A stretch of 64,000 nucleotides of DNA from a virus: the IMG/VR virus record IMGVR_UViG_3300045988_181112. One strand, 5' to 3'. A program made the translations under genes and the position numbers. Each line of letters begins with the position of its first letter. The first letter of the stretch is position 1. Under the pieces are notes generated by a model. The model was not told where the DNA came from and did not search any database. It saw only the letters and a program-made list of their open reading frames with translations. Below are positions 9,175 to 19,100 of this stretch, in pieces.

Positions 9175-11667
9175 TTACTTGTCAAAATCGAACTTAAAGC
9201 CCATACGGCCGTTGTCCTGCATACCGTAGCTGCACTTCGCTGCAAACTTGGAACCCTTCTTGGATACCCAGTCCGTTGCGTACACAGACATACCCGCCTG
9301 AAGCATTGCCAGCTCGTCCTGCGTGAACTTATGCTTACACCACTCATCCGGGATGCTTCCGCCGCCTGACTGTGAATTATCATTCACGAAGCCCGTTCTT
9401 GAGAATCCTACGAAAGGATGTCCCTGAAACTCCTGCTTTGCAAGAATACCTTTGCACTTGTAAGGCTTGTTTCCGTTCTTTGTAGAAACAGCTTCGATCG
9501 TGATCTCTTCGCCATTACAGAGCCTTACACATTCATCATCTGTGAAATAATGTCCGCTCCAGTTTCTCTTGAATGAAACCTGCTCACCATTCCATGTACC
9601 GGAATATCTTTCTGCTGCATCTGCCATATTTCCGTCCTCTCCTACCTGTGATAATTTATGGAAACCAATATACTTAATGGCTTTTCCCTTGTCATTCTTA
9701 AATTCCTGCTCTGCCAGATCACCGGTTACAGTATATACCTTTCCGGTCTTCGCTGACGTCGCCTGGAACTCGATCGTTTCTCCGTTGCAGAGCCTTGCAC
9801 ACTCATCGTCAGAGAACTCATGTCCGCTCCACATCTTCTTGAACGATACCTGTCTGCCATTCCACGTTCCCGTGTACTTGTCAGCAGATGCCGTTGCGGA
9901 TACCTGGATGCCAAGCGTCTGACGCATATTCACGCTATTCGCTTTCATGGTCTCAATATCTTCCAGAACCATCTGCTGAATTGCTGCAAGTCCGTCTTCC
10001 GGATTCATCTTGCCATTTGCAATCTCACGCATCTCGATGGTCAGCTTCTCTGTCATGTCAAGGGATCCGATGTTGGTTCCCGGCAGCAACAGATAGCTCA
10101 TGTCACCGAACTCTGTCATTGTGATCTTACCCTTGGTATCCTTAAGGAGCGGGTACCTCGTAGATGTGGATGTCACATCTGCGTATGTAGATGTTCTAGT
10201 TGCACCGGTTCCCACATCACGCTTCTCCAGCTGGCTCATCAGCCACTTCAAGGTAGGCCATACAGGAGGTGTCGGGAAACCTTCATGGATGAACGGATCA
10301 GCCATGGTTCCAAGACCGGCAGCATTCTCATCTACTACATCAAAATCTACGTCACTGAAGATCAGCTTCCAGCCCGGTTTCTTAGGAACAGATGCTGTGC
10401 CTTTGAACGTCGGGAAGTCCTTTACGTGACCCTTCTGTGACTCGTACTCGTAATCTTCTGCAAGCATTGCCAGATAGTTCTTTGCAAGGATCGTATAAAT
10501 CTCTGCCGCACAGTCACCGTAAGAAGCCAGTGCATTCAAATCCCTCGGTACATTCGTACCCGGTCTGTTTGCACCATGGGCGCCGCCGGTCTTTACATGT
10601 GTGGATCTCGGCTGTACATGTGTGAGTAATGCAACATCAACACCTACGACACCGGCAATCTGGTTTACCAGTGGCAGCAGCTCGTTAAACTGCTCCGGTG
10701 TGATCGTCTTATCTTCTGTTCTCGGATAAGATACAATCTGTGCCTCATACATCTTCTGATAAACGGCCTGTACATGCTTTGCCTTGTAACCCATCGGGGC
10801 AAGCCTTGCAGCCAGTCCTGCCAGATCAATCAGCTTAGGCGGTGCTGTCTTTTTCATCTCACGGCCGTCCACGACAACCGCAGATGTATGATACTTACTG
10901 GTATCCACATCTTCTTTCTTCGGGAACTGTGGTTCCTTCGGATCTGTGTAAACCACGCCGTTCTCATCCTTAAAACGGTTCTGGTAAAACGGAATCTTCT
11001 TGTAAGCCTGACAGAGCTTGATCTGATCACCGATGAGCTTGATCATGGCAGATTTCAGACGTCCCTGACGAAGCACAGAATGTCCGTCACCGTAAGCCGT
11101 TGCGATTCTCGTAAACTGCATGGACAGAAAATCCCATCTGGAACGGTAAAATGCCTTTGTGTAATCCGGATCGTCTAAAAGAGAGTTAAAATACTTACGG
11201 TTTTTAAACGCTTTCTGGATCTCTTTCGCAGACTCATCTGCGAAGAACATACGTGACCATCTCTTGCCGGTAATATTAAGTCCGAACAGGATCTCATCTG
11301 CAAGCAGGGTTCCTTCGCCGGAAGGATCATCATCAGTTGCAGTACAGATCTCGTCGCACCTTGCGAATGTGGTCTGAATGTCATTTAAAATATCTGCGAC
11401 CTTACGTTTGGAATCCGGAAGGTCTTTCTGCTTTCTGTACTTCCACTTGAAATCTTTTTCATTCCACGGGAGGTTGCTTACATTCCAGCTGTGATACTTT
11501 TCCATCAGAGATGCGTCTACCTGCTTCTCCGGGTCCGTCAGCTCATACAGATGTCCTCTTGCAGCAACGATGACATACTGTTCACCGTTATATGTACCGG
11601 ACATTCCGCCGAGAGCCTTCGCCATGTTTTGGGCAGCTGAAGTTTTTTCGGCTAAAATACCTATCAT
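9175..11667 (-). CDS. topB: DNA topoisomerase III (type IA) with two C-terminal ~70-aa repeats
   Basis: Toprim N-terminus (MIGILAEK…, DDDPSGEG). Active-site Tyr context VSYPRTED. Duplicated C-terminal repeat YTGTWNGRQVSFKKMWSGHEFSDDECARLCNGE and YSGTWNGEQVSFKRNWSGHYFTDDECVRLCNGE. GGAGG RBS. Confidence 0.85.
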   Translation of the reverse strand: MIGILAEKTSAAQNMAKALGGMSGTYNGEQYVIVAARGHLYELTDPEKQVDASLMEKYHSWNVSNLPWNEKDFKWKYRKQKDLPDSKRKVADILNDIQTTFARCDEICTATDDDPSGEGTLLADEILFGLNITGKRWSRMFFADESAKEIQKAFKNRKYFNSLLDDPDYTKAFYRSRWDFLSMQFTRIATAYGDGHSVLRQGRLKSAMIKLIGDQIKLCQAYKKIPFYQNRFKDENGVVYTDPKEPQFPKKEDVDTSKYHTSAVVVDGREMKKTAPPKLIDLAGLAARLAPMGYKAKHVQAVYQKMYEAQIVSYPRTEDKTITPEQFNELLPLVNQIAGVVGVDVALLTHVQPRSTHVKTGGAHGANRPGTNVPRDLNALASYGDCAAEIYTILAKNYLAMLAEDYEYESQKGHVKDFPTFKGTASVPKKPGWKLIFSDVDFDVVDENAAGLGTMADPFIHEGFPTPPVWPTLKWLMSQLEKRDVGTGATRTSTYADVTSTSTRYPLLKDTKGKITMTEFGDMSYLLLPGTNIGSLDMTEKLTIEMREIANGKMNPEDGLAAIQQMVLEDIETMKANSVNMRQTLGIQVSATASADKYTGTWNGRQVSFKKMWSGHEFSDDECARLCNGETIEFQATSAKTGKVYTVTGDLAEQEFKNDKGKAIKYIGFHKLSQVGEDGNMADAAERYSGTWNGEQVSFKRNWSGHYFTDDECVRLCNGEEITIEAVSTKNGNKPYKCKGILAKQEFQGHPFVGFSRTGFVNDNSQSGGGSIPDEWCKHKFTQDELAMLQAGMSVYATDWVSKKGSKFAAKCSYGMQDNGRMGFKFDFDK

Positions 11668-11703
11668 AATATGCCTCCAATCATATTTATTATCAACACG
11701 TTA

Positions 11704-11732
11704 ATCGTAACATAAAAACGCTCATTTATCAA
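11704..11732 (-). promoter_or_regulatory. sigma-A promoter TTGATA-17-TGtTACGAT with AAATGAG element
   Basis: Minus strand reads TTGATAAATGAGCGTTTTTATGTTACGAT, upstream of the topoisomerase gene. Confidence 0.45.
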
Positions 11733-11744
11733 GACCTTTCGCCA

Positions 11745-11783
11745 CAAAAAAATTTATGGTGTGACACTGAGCCTTATCACACC
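11745..11783 (-). terminator. intrinsic terminator
   Basis: GGTGTGA…TCACACC hairpin followed by a T7 run on the minus strand, directly after the 11806..12960 stop. Confidence 0.5.
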
Positions 11784-11805
11784 ATAAATCATGTTTTCTA
11801 TTTTT

Positions 11806-12960
11806 TTAAAAGAAATCTGCGGACAGATCATCTTCCGCCTGCTTCTCATAAGCACCACCTGTAAGACCAAGATCAATATCCACAGTGGCACCTCTGTCTT
11901 TATGTCCGGCAAGCACGCTGTCTACAAGACCTTTTACGTTCTCTGTAGCTGCCTGGCTGAATGCAGAAGCGATTGCGTTCTTTTCTGCATCACGGGCATC
12001 CAGCTGATGATCCATGGCTTCGAACTTATCAGAAACACCGGCATCTCTTCCGGCATTGACCATGGACAGGTCTTCCGTAGACTCCTTCTGGTCAACTTTA
12101 AGCAGATCCACGTCACCGCTGAAGATACGATCAAGCGTCATGCCGTTAATATCCATCTGGTTGTCGTCTTTCTGGACGGCTGCAAGGAACTTCTGTTTGA
12201 ACGACGGAACCATGGAAAGTGCCTTCGTCGGCAGGTTTGCTACTGCCATTGCGGAATTAAGGAGAGCCGTGTTATACTCCATCTCGTTTGCACCGTGTTC
12301 ATACATATTGCCGTAATTGGAATACATACGGTGCTGATCCTGAGCATTCCACTGCATCTGCTGTTCATTCGTATACGGAAGATGCTTCACATGGGCTCCT
12401 GCCTGCTTTGCCTCTGCCACGTCCTTCTGATATGCCGCGATCGCCGTATCCGTCGGTGCAGCAACCTGCGTCTGGACGGATACCTGTGCATTTTCTTTTG
12501 CATTGCTGACTGCCTCTCCGGCTTTTATGCCAAGAGCCGAAGCCCCGATCGACGCTACTGCGGATAACTTTGATGCCGCGTTCTGCACGGATGCTGCTTT
12601 ATCTGTCATATTCTCTACTGTGTCTTTTACGGCTTCCCCGGCATCTGCTGCCTTTTCCACTGTACTCTTTGCGTTGACACCGGCGTTCTTCCACTTGTTC
12701 AGTTCTGATTTTACAGTGGACTTCACAGAAGACTTTGCAGATGCACTCTTTGATTTTTCTTCTTCATCCATCTGCTGCATAATCTGCTCTGCGGAACGGG
12801 CACCGGCAAGTGTTGATGTTTCTGCTGTTGAATCCAATGCCGTAGAATCTTTTCCGTCAGCCGCCTGTAAAATCTGGCTGGCTGTACGTGCTCCCGAAAG
12901 CGTAGATGTCGCTGCCGTGGATTCCACATCTCTGACATTTTCATATGCATCTGCTGCCAT
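11806..12960 (-). CDS. Ala-rich low-complexity hypothetical protein
   Basis: 384-aa ORF with an internal repeat STAATSTLSGARTASQILQ / STAETSTLAGARSAEQIMQ. Confidence 0.5.
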   Translation of the reverse strand: MAADAYENVRDVESTAATSTLSGARTASQILQAADGKDSTALDSTAETSTLAGARSAEQIMQQMDEEEKSKSASAKSSVKSTVKSELNKWKNAGVNAKSTVEKAADAGEAVKDTVENMTDKAASVQNAASKLSAVASIGASALGIKAGEAVSNAKENAQVSVQTQVAAPTDTAIAAYQKDVAEAKQAGAHVKHLPYTNEQQMQWNAQDQHRMYSNYGNMYEHGANEMEYNTALLNSAMAVANLPTKALSMVPSFKQKFLAAVQKDDNQMDINGMTLDRIFSGDVDLLKVDQKESTEDLSMVNAGRDAGVSDKFEAMDHQLDARDAEKNAIASAFSQAATENVKGLVDSVLAGHKDRGATVDIDLGLTGGAYEKQAEDDLSADFF

Positions 12961-13026
12961 GTCTTATTTCCTCCGATCACCAAAATTTGCACTATATATT
13001 ATATAATATAGTATGGTCAAAATCAA

Positions 13027-13299
13027 TTACTTCTTTCTTTTCTTGTAGGAATATGGCTTTGCCAGCTTCCTGTGAGCATTGCTCGGCTGCTCCACCACCT
13101 TATACACCATCTGTCCAGTCTTCTTGTCAATGGACTTGAAACGGGTACGGACGGTATAAGGCTTTCTCAGTTTATTTTTATGTACAGCCTTTGCATTTAC
13201 GTCCGTGGCGGCATCGTAAGCCTCGTCTGTTTCTACCGGATTATCAGTGCCGGTCACGGATTCCATATCAAAATCATCTGAATCATATTCTGCTCTCAT
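13027..13299 (-). CDS. small hypothetical protein (acidic N-terminus, basic C-terminus)
   Basis: 90-aa ORF, operonic. Confidence 0.4.
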   Translation of the reverse strand: MRAEYDSDDFDMESVTGTDNPVETDEAYDAATDVNAKAVHKNKLRKPYTVRTRFKSIDKKTGQMVYKVVEQPSNAHRKLAKPYSYKKRKK

Positions 13300-13311
13300 A
13301 TCTCTATGCTC

Positions 13312-14232
13312 CTATCGTTTTGTTCGGCCTTCACTTAATTTAAGCCTTGTCTGATAATTGACACTGGCTGTTTCCAGACGTTCCAGAAATTCCGGCAGAC
13401 CCGGCGACATGAACGCAACGTCATGCACGGTTGGATAACTACCCTTGTCAAACCCCATACGGTCAAACAAGTTATAAGCCGTTGCCAGTTCCACAGCATC
13501 AATCTTCTGCATCAGAAGCCTGTTTGCTGCACGCATACGGTTTAACTCCTGTAAGATGTCATTCTGCAAATCCTCATTGGAAACCGTCTCGCCGATATAA
13601 GACTTTGCAACTTCCTTAAAGCGTTCCGGCACATCCAGATCTGCAGGACAGCCCTCTTTAAAATAAATATAGGCTCCCACGGCTTCATCATTATTTGTGG
13701 CCTTCGGGAACAGATACCTTGCTCTCTGTACCAGTGACGTCGGAACAGCCCTCAAATGGGACTTGTCATATTCTGCGTCCTCGGACGATTTTCTCTTATC
13801 CCGGCGGATGCTTGCCGGTGGCTTTGGAAAAGGTGTCTTCCCCGCTCTTGGCTGTTCCTCTTTGTCATCGTCCGGATCATAAGACGGCTGCGTAGGTAAC
13901 GGTATATCCTTTGGCATATCCACAGCTTCCGGCTCCACATCAACAATATCATCAGAAGATGTATCAAAAGAACCAGCAAAAGACTGCAGATCTGCATCAT
14001 TATTACCAAAATCAAACGGTGTAGTCTGTATCGGTTGTTCGGCTTTCTCCGGTTCCTTAGCAGATTCCGGTGGCTTTTCTTCTGAAGGATTTACAGGCTG
14101 TATATCCACCGGCTCAGAGTCTTTTACAGCATCTTCTTCCGGTATGGAATCCGGATCGATACCCTCTTTCATAGCCTGTGACTTCCGCTTTGCCTCACGG
14201 ACAATAGCAGCATAGTCAATCGGTTTTGCCAT
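13312..14232 (-). CDS. hypothetical protein (disordered acidic/Pro-rich N-terminal half, folded C-terminal domain)
   Basis: 306-aa ORF, operonic. Confidence 0.5.
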   Translation of the reverse strand: MAKPIDYAAIVREAKRKSQAMKEGIDPDSIPEEDAVKDSEPVDIQPVNPSEEKPPESAKEPEKAEQPIQTTPFDFGNNDADLQSFAGSFDTSSDDIVDVEPEAVDMPKDIPLPTQPSYDPDDDKEEQPRAGKTPFPKPPASIRRDKRKSSEDAEYDKSHLRAVPTSLVQRARYLFPKATNNDEAVGAYIYFKEGCPADLDVPERFKEVAKSYIGETVSNEDLQNDILQELNRMRAANRLLMQKIDAVELATAYNLFDRMGFDKGSYPTVHDVAFMSPGLPEFLERLETASVNYQTRLKLSEGRTKR

Positions 14233-14236
14233 GTAC

Positions 14237-14632
14237 TCACTCCTTCCTGCGTCTCTTTTTGCGCTTAGTCTTTGCTGTCAGGTCAATCCTGTCAAGACTG
14301 CCGTCCTCATGATTTAAAAACTCACTATCCCCACGGGTTGCTTCTGATAAAGCATCAAACCCGGAATCAATCGCTGTCTGTAAACCATGGATATAACCGG
14401 CAAGCTCCTCTATCGTGTCTACGCACAGGTTCAGGCGTTCTGTTTCCTGTGTTGACTTTGTATGGTCTGCCCCGTCCCATTTAATGAACTGTTCCAGTGC
14501 ATAGACAAGATACTGGTTAATCGACATGTCATGTTTCTTTGCCCAGTAACCGGCACGCATCATCATTTCCGGCGGAAGCGTCGCTGTCACACGGATTGTT
14601 TCATCTGTCTGCATATCCACACCCCCGGTCAT
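14237..14632 (-). CDS. ribbon-helix-helix (CopG/MetJ-like) DNA-binding protein, paralog 1
   Basis: IRVTATLPPEMMMRAGYWAKKHDMSINQYLVYALEQFI is an RHH-like N-terminus. A clear paralog lies immediately upstream. Confidence 0.55.
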   Translation of the reverse strand: MTGGVDMQTDETIRVTATLPPEMMMRAGYWAKKHDMSINQYLVYALEQFIKWDGADHTKSTQETERLNLCVDTIEELAGYIHGLQTAIDSGFDALSEATRGDSEFLNHEDGSLDRIDLTAKTKRKKRRRKE

Positions 14633-14958
14633 TCTACATCATCCTCAGAACCATCCAGGAGATAATTATCACCTTTTGTTAATGTCAGCAGGGAATTGAA
14701 ACCGGAATCAATTACTTTATGAATGTTTTCCACATCCGACTTCACACCACTGACAATATCGACAAGCTGTGCAAGTCTTGCTGTCTCAATCGTTGGAAGT
14801 GGATAATCCTGATTCTCCCAAGCGATTGCATGTTCCAGTGCATCATAAAGATACTGGTTAATAGAAATTCCCTTCTTTGCTGCATAGAACAAAAGCTGCT
14901 TGTGCATCTCATCCGGGATGGTTGCTGTTACTCTCGTTGTGTTCGGTGCCTGTGCCAT
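14629..14958 (-). CDS. ribbon-helix-helix DNA-binding protein, paralog 2
   Basis: TRVTATIPDEMHKQLLFYAAKKGISINQYLYDALEHAI. The stop/start overlap (ATGA) with paralog 1 indicates translational coupling. Confidence 0.55.
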   Translation of the reverse strand: MAQAPNTTRVTATIPDEMHKQLLFYAAKKGISINQYLYDALEHAIAWENQDYPLPTIETARLAQLVDIVSGVKSDVENIHKVIDSGFNSLLTLTKGDNYLLDGSEDDVE

Positions 14959-14960
14959 GA

Positions 14961-15932
14961 TTATTCCACCCCTTCCTGACTATTCTCAGATACAACAGAA
15001 GAACTGTCTGTGATTGAATTCTCTGTTCCGGCCTGTAATGCAGCAGTATCCACGAGCTTTGCATTTACGACAAAACGTCCAGCAGAATTATCCGTGCTAG
15101 TACGGTCACATGTCGTCAGTGTAAGAAGAGGAGCACTTACGGTCGGACCATTCGTCGCCGTGTCATACGGCTTGTTTGCCTCGATCTTATCGAGCAGATT
15201 TTTATATAATACTGTTCCTGCTTCATATGGCATATTATAAATCTCATCTGCCTGTGTTGTATGATAAGGAGAATAAATCAACCACTTTTCCGTCCTGTCA
15301 GGATAGTAAAGATAAATATACGGTGTTGCTTCCCAGAAACTTTTGTCTTTATACTTGACCAGATCTGAAAACATGCTTCCGTTACGCATGTGATGACCGA
15401 TGATGATCTGATGAATGTCTTTCTCTTCAAATCCCTCCACCTCAGCCGGCATATAGATAGATCCGGCAGCAGAACTGTTACCATACACATCATGCTTTAA
15501 ATAATACTCATTATCTTCCCACTTCGCTGACTGTAACACCGGATAATCAATCTCTGTCTGCGGAATATAGATCCAGCATTTAACCTCTTCGTTCACATTA
15601 TGTACAGCGTCCCAGTTGATCACTCGCTTCATCGGATCCGAAGAGTACATCTGTCCGTGTTCCACTGCACCTGACTCTTCTGTGGACACTTCTGACACGG
15701 ATTCTCCTTCCGCGCTGTCTGCGACATTTTTAAACTCTTCCCATGTCTTTGTGATCTTCACGTCCTCGTTATGTTCCTGGAGCTTTGCCACCCCAAAAGC
15801 CGTACCGGCAACCACGGCTCCGATCACGAGCACGACAGGGACTGCCTGCCATGGGAATTTCTTCTTTTCACTTTCAGAAACTTCTGCAACGGGTGATTCC
15901 GGCTGCGGATTGATATTATATGTTCTTGCCAT
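14961..15932 (-). CDS. srtB: class B sortase
   Basis: Catalytic TLTTC motif (LLTLTTCDRT), His motif IIGHHMRNGSMFSDL and a C-terminal Arg (RFVVNAKL). It has an N-terminal membrane anchor. Start chosen at MARTYNI (AAAGGAAG RBS). The track's start at 16004 lies within about 10 nt of the promoter -10. Confidence 0.8.
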   Translation of the reverse strand: MARTYNINPQPESPVAEVSESEKKKFPWQAVPVVLVIGAVVAGTAFGVAKLQEHNEDVKITKTWEEFKNVADSAEGESVSEVSTEESGAVEHGQMYSSDPMKRVINWDAVHNVNEEVKCWIYIPQTEIDYPVLQSAKWEDNEYYLKHDVYGNSSAAGSIYMPAEVEGFEEKDIHQIIIGHHMRNGSMFSDLVKYKDKSFWEATPYIYLYYPDRTEKWLIYSPYHTTQADEIYNMPYEAGTVLYKNLLDKIEANKPYDTATNGPTVSAPLLTLTTCDRTSTDNSAGRFVVNAKLVDTAALQAGTENSITDSSSVVSENSQEGVE

Positions 15933-16009
15933 AAATTTGCATCTTCCTTTACTGATAATTTGAAACATACAGATTTTCTCATATAAGAGCCAATCACATT
16001 TCAAACATG

Positions 16010-16038
16010 ATTATACACTAAAACTTTTCATTTATCAA
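16010..16038 (-). promoter_or_regulatory. sigma-A promoter TTGATA-17-TATAAT with AAATGA element
   Basis: Minus strand reads TTGATAAATGAAAAGTTTTAGTGTATAAT. Confidence 0.5.
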
Positions 16039-16056
16039 CATATTTTCTGAAAAAAG

Positions 16057-16107
16057 AGTGTGCGACTCATAACACAAGAACACCCATGCAGTTACCTGCA
16101 CGGGTGT
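16057..16107 (-). terminator. possible terminator after adhesin gene (weak)
   Basis: Hairpin ACACCCATGCAG/CTGCACGGGTGT. The T-run is 23 nt away, so this is doubtful. Confidence 0.25.
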
Positions 16108-16156
16108 CCAAAGAAGAAACAAAGCCAATGGGAAGACTCTTTTCCATCAGAACAGC

Positions 16157-19100
16157 TTATCTGCCGTTCTTTTTGTCACTGTAAAAGCCGATTCCGTAAG
16201 AGGATACTCCGGCCAGCATGATCAGTGCCATAATTCCGAAGATCCAAGCATACGTGCCGACACCTGTCTGTGCTTCCACACGGGTCTGCACAGTGATTGT
16301 CTGGTCGACATTAGCCTTATCAGTGTGTGTCGCAACAGTCTGACCTGTTGTCTTATCTGTAACGGTTGCTACGGCAACAAGGGAATGACCTGACAGACCT
16401 GTCGTATTGACATTGATCTGTGTTGCAATGGAACCATTTGCTGTAGTAGGAGTAAACTCCATGGTTCTTGTTGCAACGGCATTGCCGGAAGCCGTGTTGT
16501 TCGCAGATGTGTTTGTATCAAGCGTCACTGCACCTGAATTTGCAGCCACATCCAGAAGCTGTGTGGTAATCACATAGGTTCTGTTCGGTGTCAGTCCTGT
16601 AAAGGATGCTGTATCAATCGCATAAGCGTCTGATCCAACATGGACAGTCTTTGCAGATGTACCGTCACCAGTAAGGTAAGTGGTCATCTTCACAAATGTT
16701 ACTGTCTGATCTGCATCAGAAATATCCTTATGTGTTGCCACAGTCACAGTCTTTGTAGCACTCTTACCGTCTGTACCAGTAGTCTTGCTTGTAGCTGTCA
16801 ACTCTTCGTATACAACGAGTGACTGTCCAGCCGTGAACTTCGTACCGTCGACAGGAATGCTTACCTCAACAGTTCCCTTGGAATCAGAAGGCTTGAACTC
16901 TGTGGTAACAGCTGCAATACCGTCGCACTTTGCTCCGGTAGCCTTGTCATAAACTGTCGTTGTCAGCTTATAAGACATATTCGTATCCAGACCATCGTAA
17001 GAAACCTTATCAAGGATCACTGCATCAGAACTTGCCATCAGTGTCTTTCCACCGGTAGCCTTATCTGTAGCCACGGTATCAATGGATGCCTGGAAGGTAT
17101 CGTTTACCGTTACAGTCTGGTCAGCATCTGTCAAATCCCTGTGGGATGCAACCGTCTTGTCGCCCAAGGACAGTGTCTCATAAACGACCAGCTTGTGACC
17201 GGAAAGTTCCATGGTATTAAGGTCAATCGTCATGACAATCTCACCCTTGCCATTATCACCAGCAGTGAAGTCCATGGACTGCGCCTTTGTATAACCGGCA
17301 GCTCTCTTACCTGTGTTGGTGTCATAGACTTCAGCAGACAAGGTATAAGTCTTTCCGGCTGTCAGACCTGTATAAGTTACGGTGTCCTTAATTGTGGAGT
17401 TTGTTGCAAGAGGAATAGTCTTGCTTCCATCAACACCCTTTGCAACAGTATCGATCGTAGCGTCTGTTACATCAATTGTTGCATCAATGGAAACCGTCTG
17501 GCTTACATTCGCAAGATCATGTTCAGATGCAACGAGTTCAGCCTTTACGTTATCCGTAACCGTAGTGCCGGATGCAGTACCATCTGTCACTCTGTACAGG
17601 TCATTAAATGCAACAACGGTCTTTCCAGACATCGTAGATGCCATATTGGTAAACGTGAAGGATGAGGAACCCTTGTTGGAACCTGTACTGTTGGCTGTAA
17701 ACACGGTAGATGTTACGATTGCCTTATTACCGGCAGTATCTGTAAGAACCTGACCGTTAGCCTTGTCTACCAGAGTGGAAACCATGTAATACTCATTGCC
17801 GGGAACCAGTCCGGAATAAGTGATGGCATCCTTAAATACCATGGATGCAGAAGACTCCATGTCTTTCTTTCCGTCAGCGTCGCCAAGTACCGTTGTGATA
17901 CCGGCTTTCTTAACAGAAACTGTCTGCTGCTCATCTGCACTGTCTGCGTGTGTCGCAACAGAAACACCGTTTGCGTTCAGAATCTCTTCATAAACAACCA
18001 GTGTATGTCCTGCCTTGTTGCTTGCAGCAAAATTTGCAAGAGTTACAGTTGTAGATCCATTACCGGAAGCGTCTGTCGTAAACTCCTCAGACCATGTAAG
18101 CGTATTACTTGAAGTGTCAGTAACAAGCTCACCTGTGGTTACATCAAAGAGAGTTGCTCTCGCTGTGTACTTTTCAGAAGCCTTAAGACCTGTTACCGTT
18201 ACGGTATCCACGATTGTCTCGCTGTCGATAGCATCCAGATACTTAGAACCTGTACCGGCCTTTGCGACTGTGGAAATTTCCATGTTGGAACCAAGAACTA
18301 CAGTCTGATCTGCATCATTCTTGTCCTTATGAGAAGCAACTTCTGGGTTCGGGGCAGACTTTAATGCTACGGATTCATACATAACCAGCTTATGGCCTGC
18401 CAGATCAACGGCATCGAACTTATCGTAAACAACATCTACTTTACCGTTACCGGTATCAGAAGCTGTAAACTCTGTTGCTACGGAGTCAGGTAACATACTG
18501 CCTGTAGTAGCATCATAAGCCGTCGTAGTCATGATGTACTCAGCAGAAGCATCCAGTCCGAAATAAGTTACCGTATCAGTGATCTTCTTGTCTTCGTCAG
18601 ACAAAGATGCCTTTGTCACAAGAACAGGCTTCTTTGTGTAAGCGATCGTCTGGTCAGCATCTGCCAGATCCTTATGTTCTGCGATAACAGTGCCGTCAGC
18701 AGACTTCAATACCTCAGTTACAACCAGCTTCTCACCAGAAGCAACGGAAGTAGAATTAAATGCTGTGAATACTACATCCTGCGTACCAGTAGTTGCCTGA
18801 GCAGTAAAGCTCACAGTTGTCTGTACAATAGGACTTGCAAAAGTCTTATCATTTGACTTATAAACAGCACCTTCCAGAGTATAGCTGTCACCGCCGTTTA
18901 ATCCACTGTAAGTTACGGTATCTACGATCTCATCATTTGCGGAAGGGATTGCGACCTTACCTGCAAATCTGCTGTTAATAGCAGAAGTATCAAGCGTAGA
19001 TGCATCAACTCGTCCATAAAGAACGCCTGCTGCTCGCTGATAATCTTCGGTTACATCATAATAAGCATCGGATCGAATCACAAATGGAACAATGGTGTTT

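Noticed and set aside
16057-16107. Intrinsic terminator after the adhesin gene
   Set aside because: The hairpin is present, but the T-run is about 23 nt away. Left as a low-confidence feature only.
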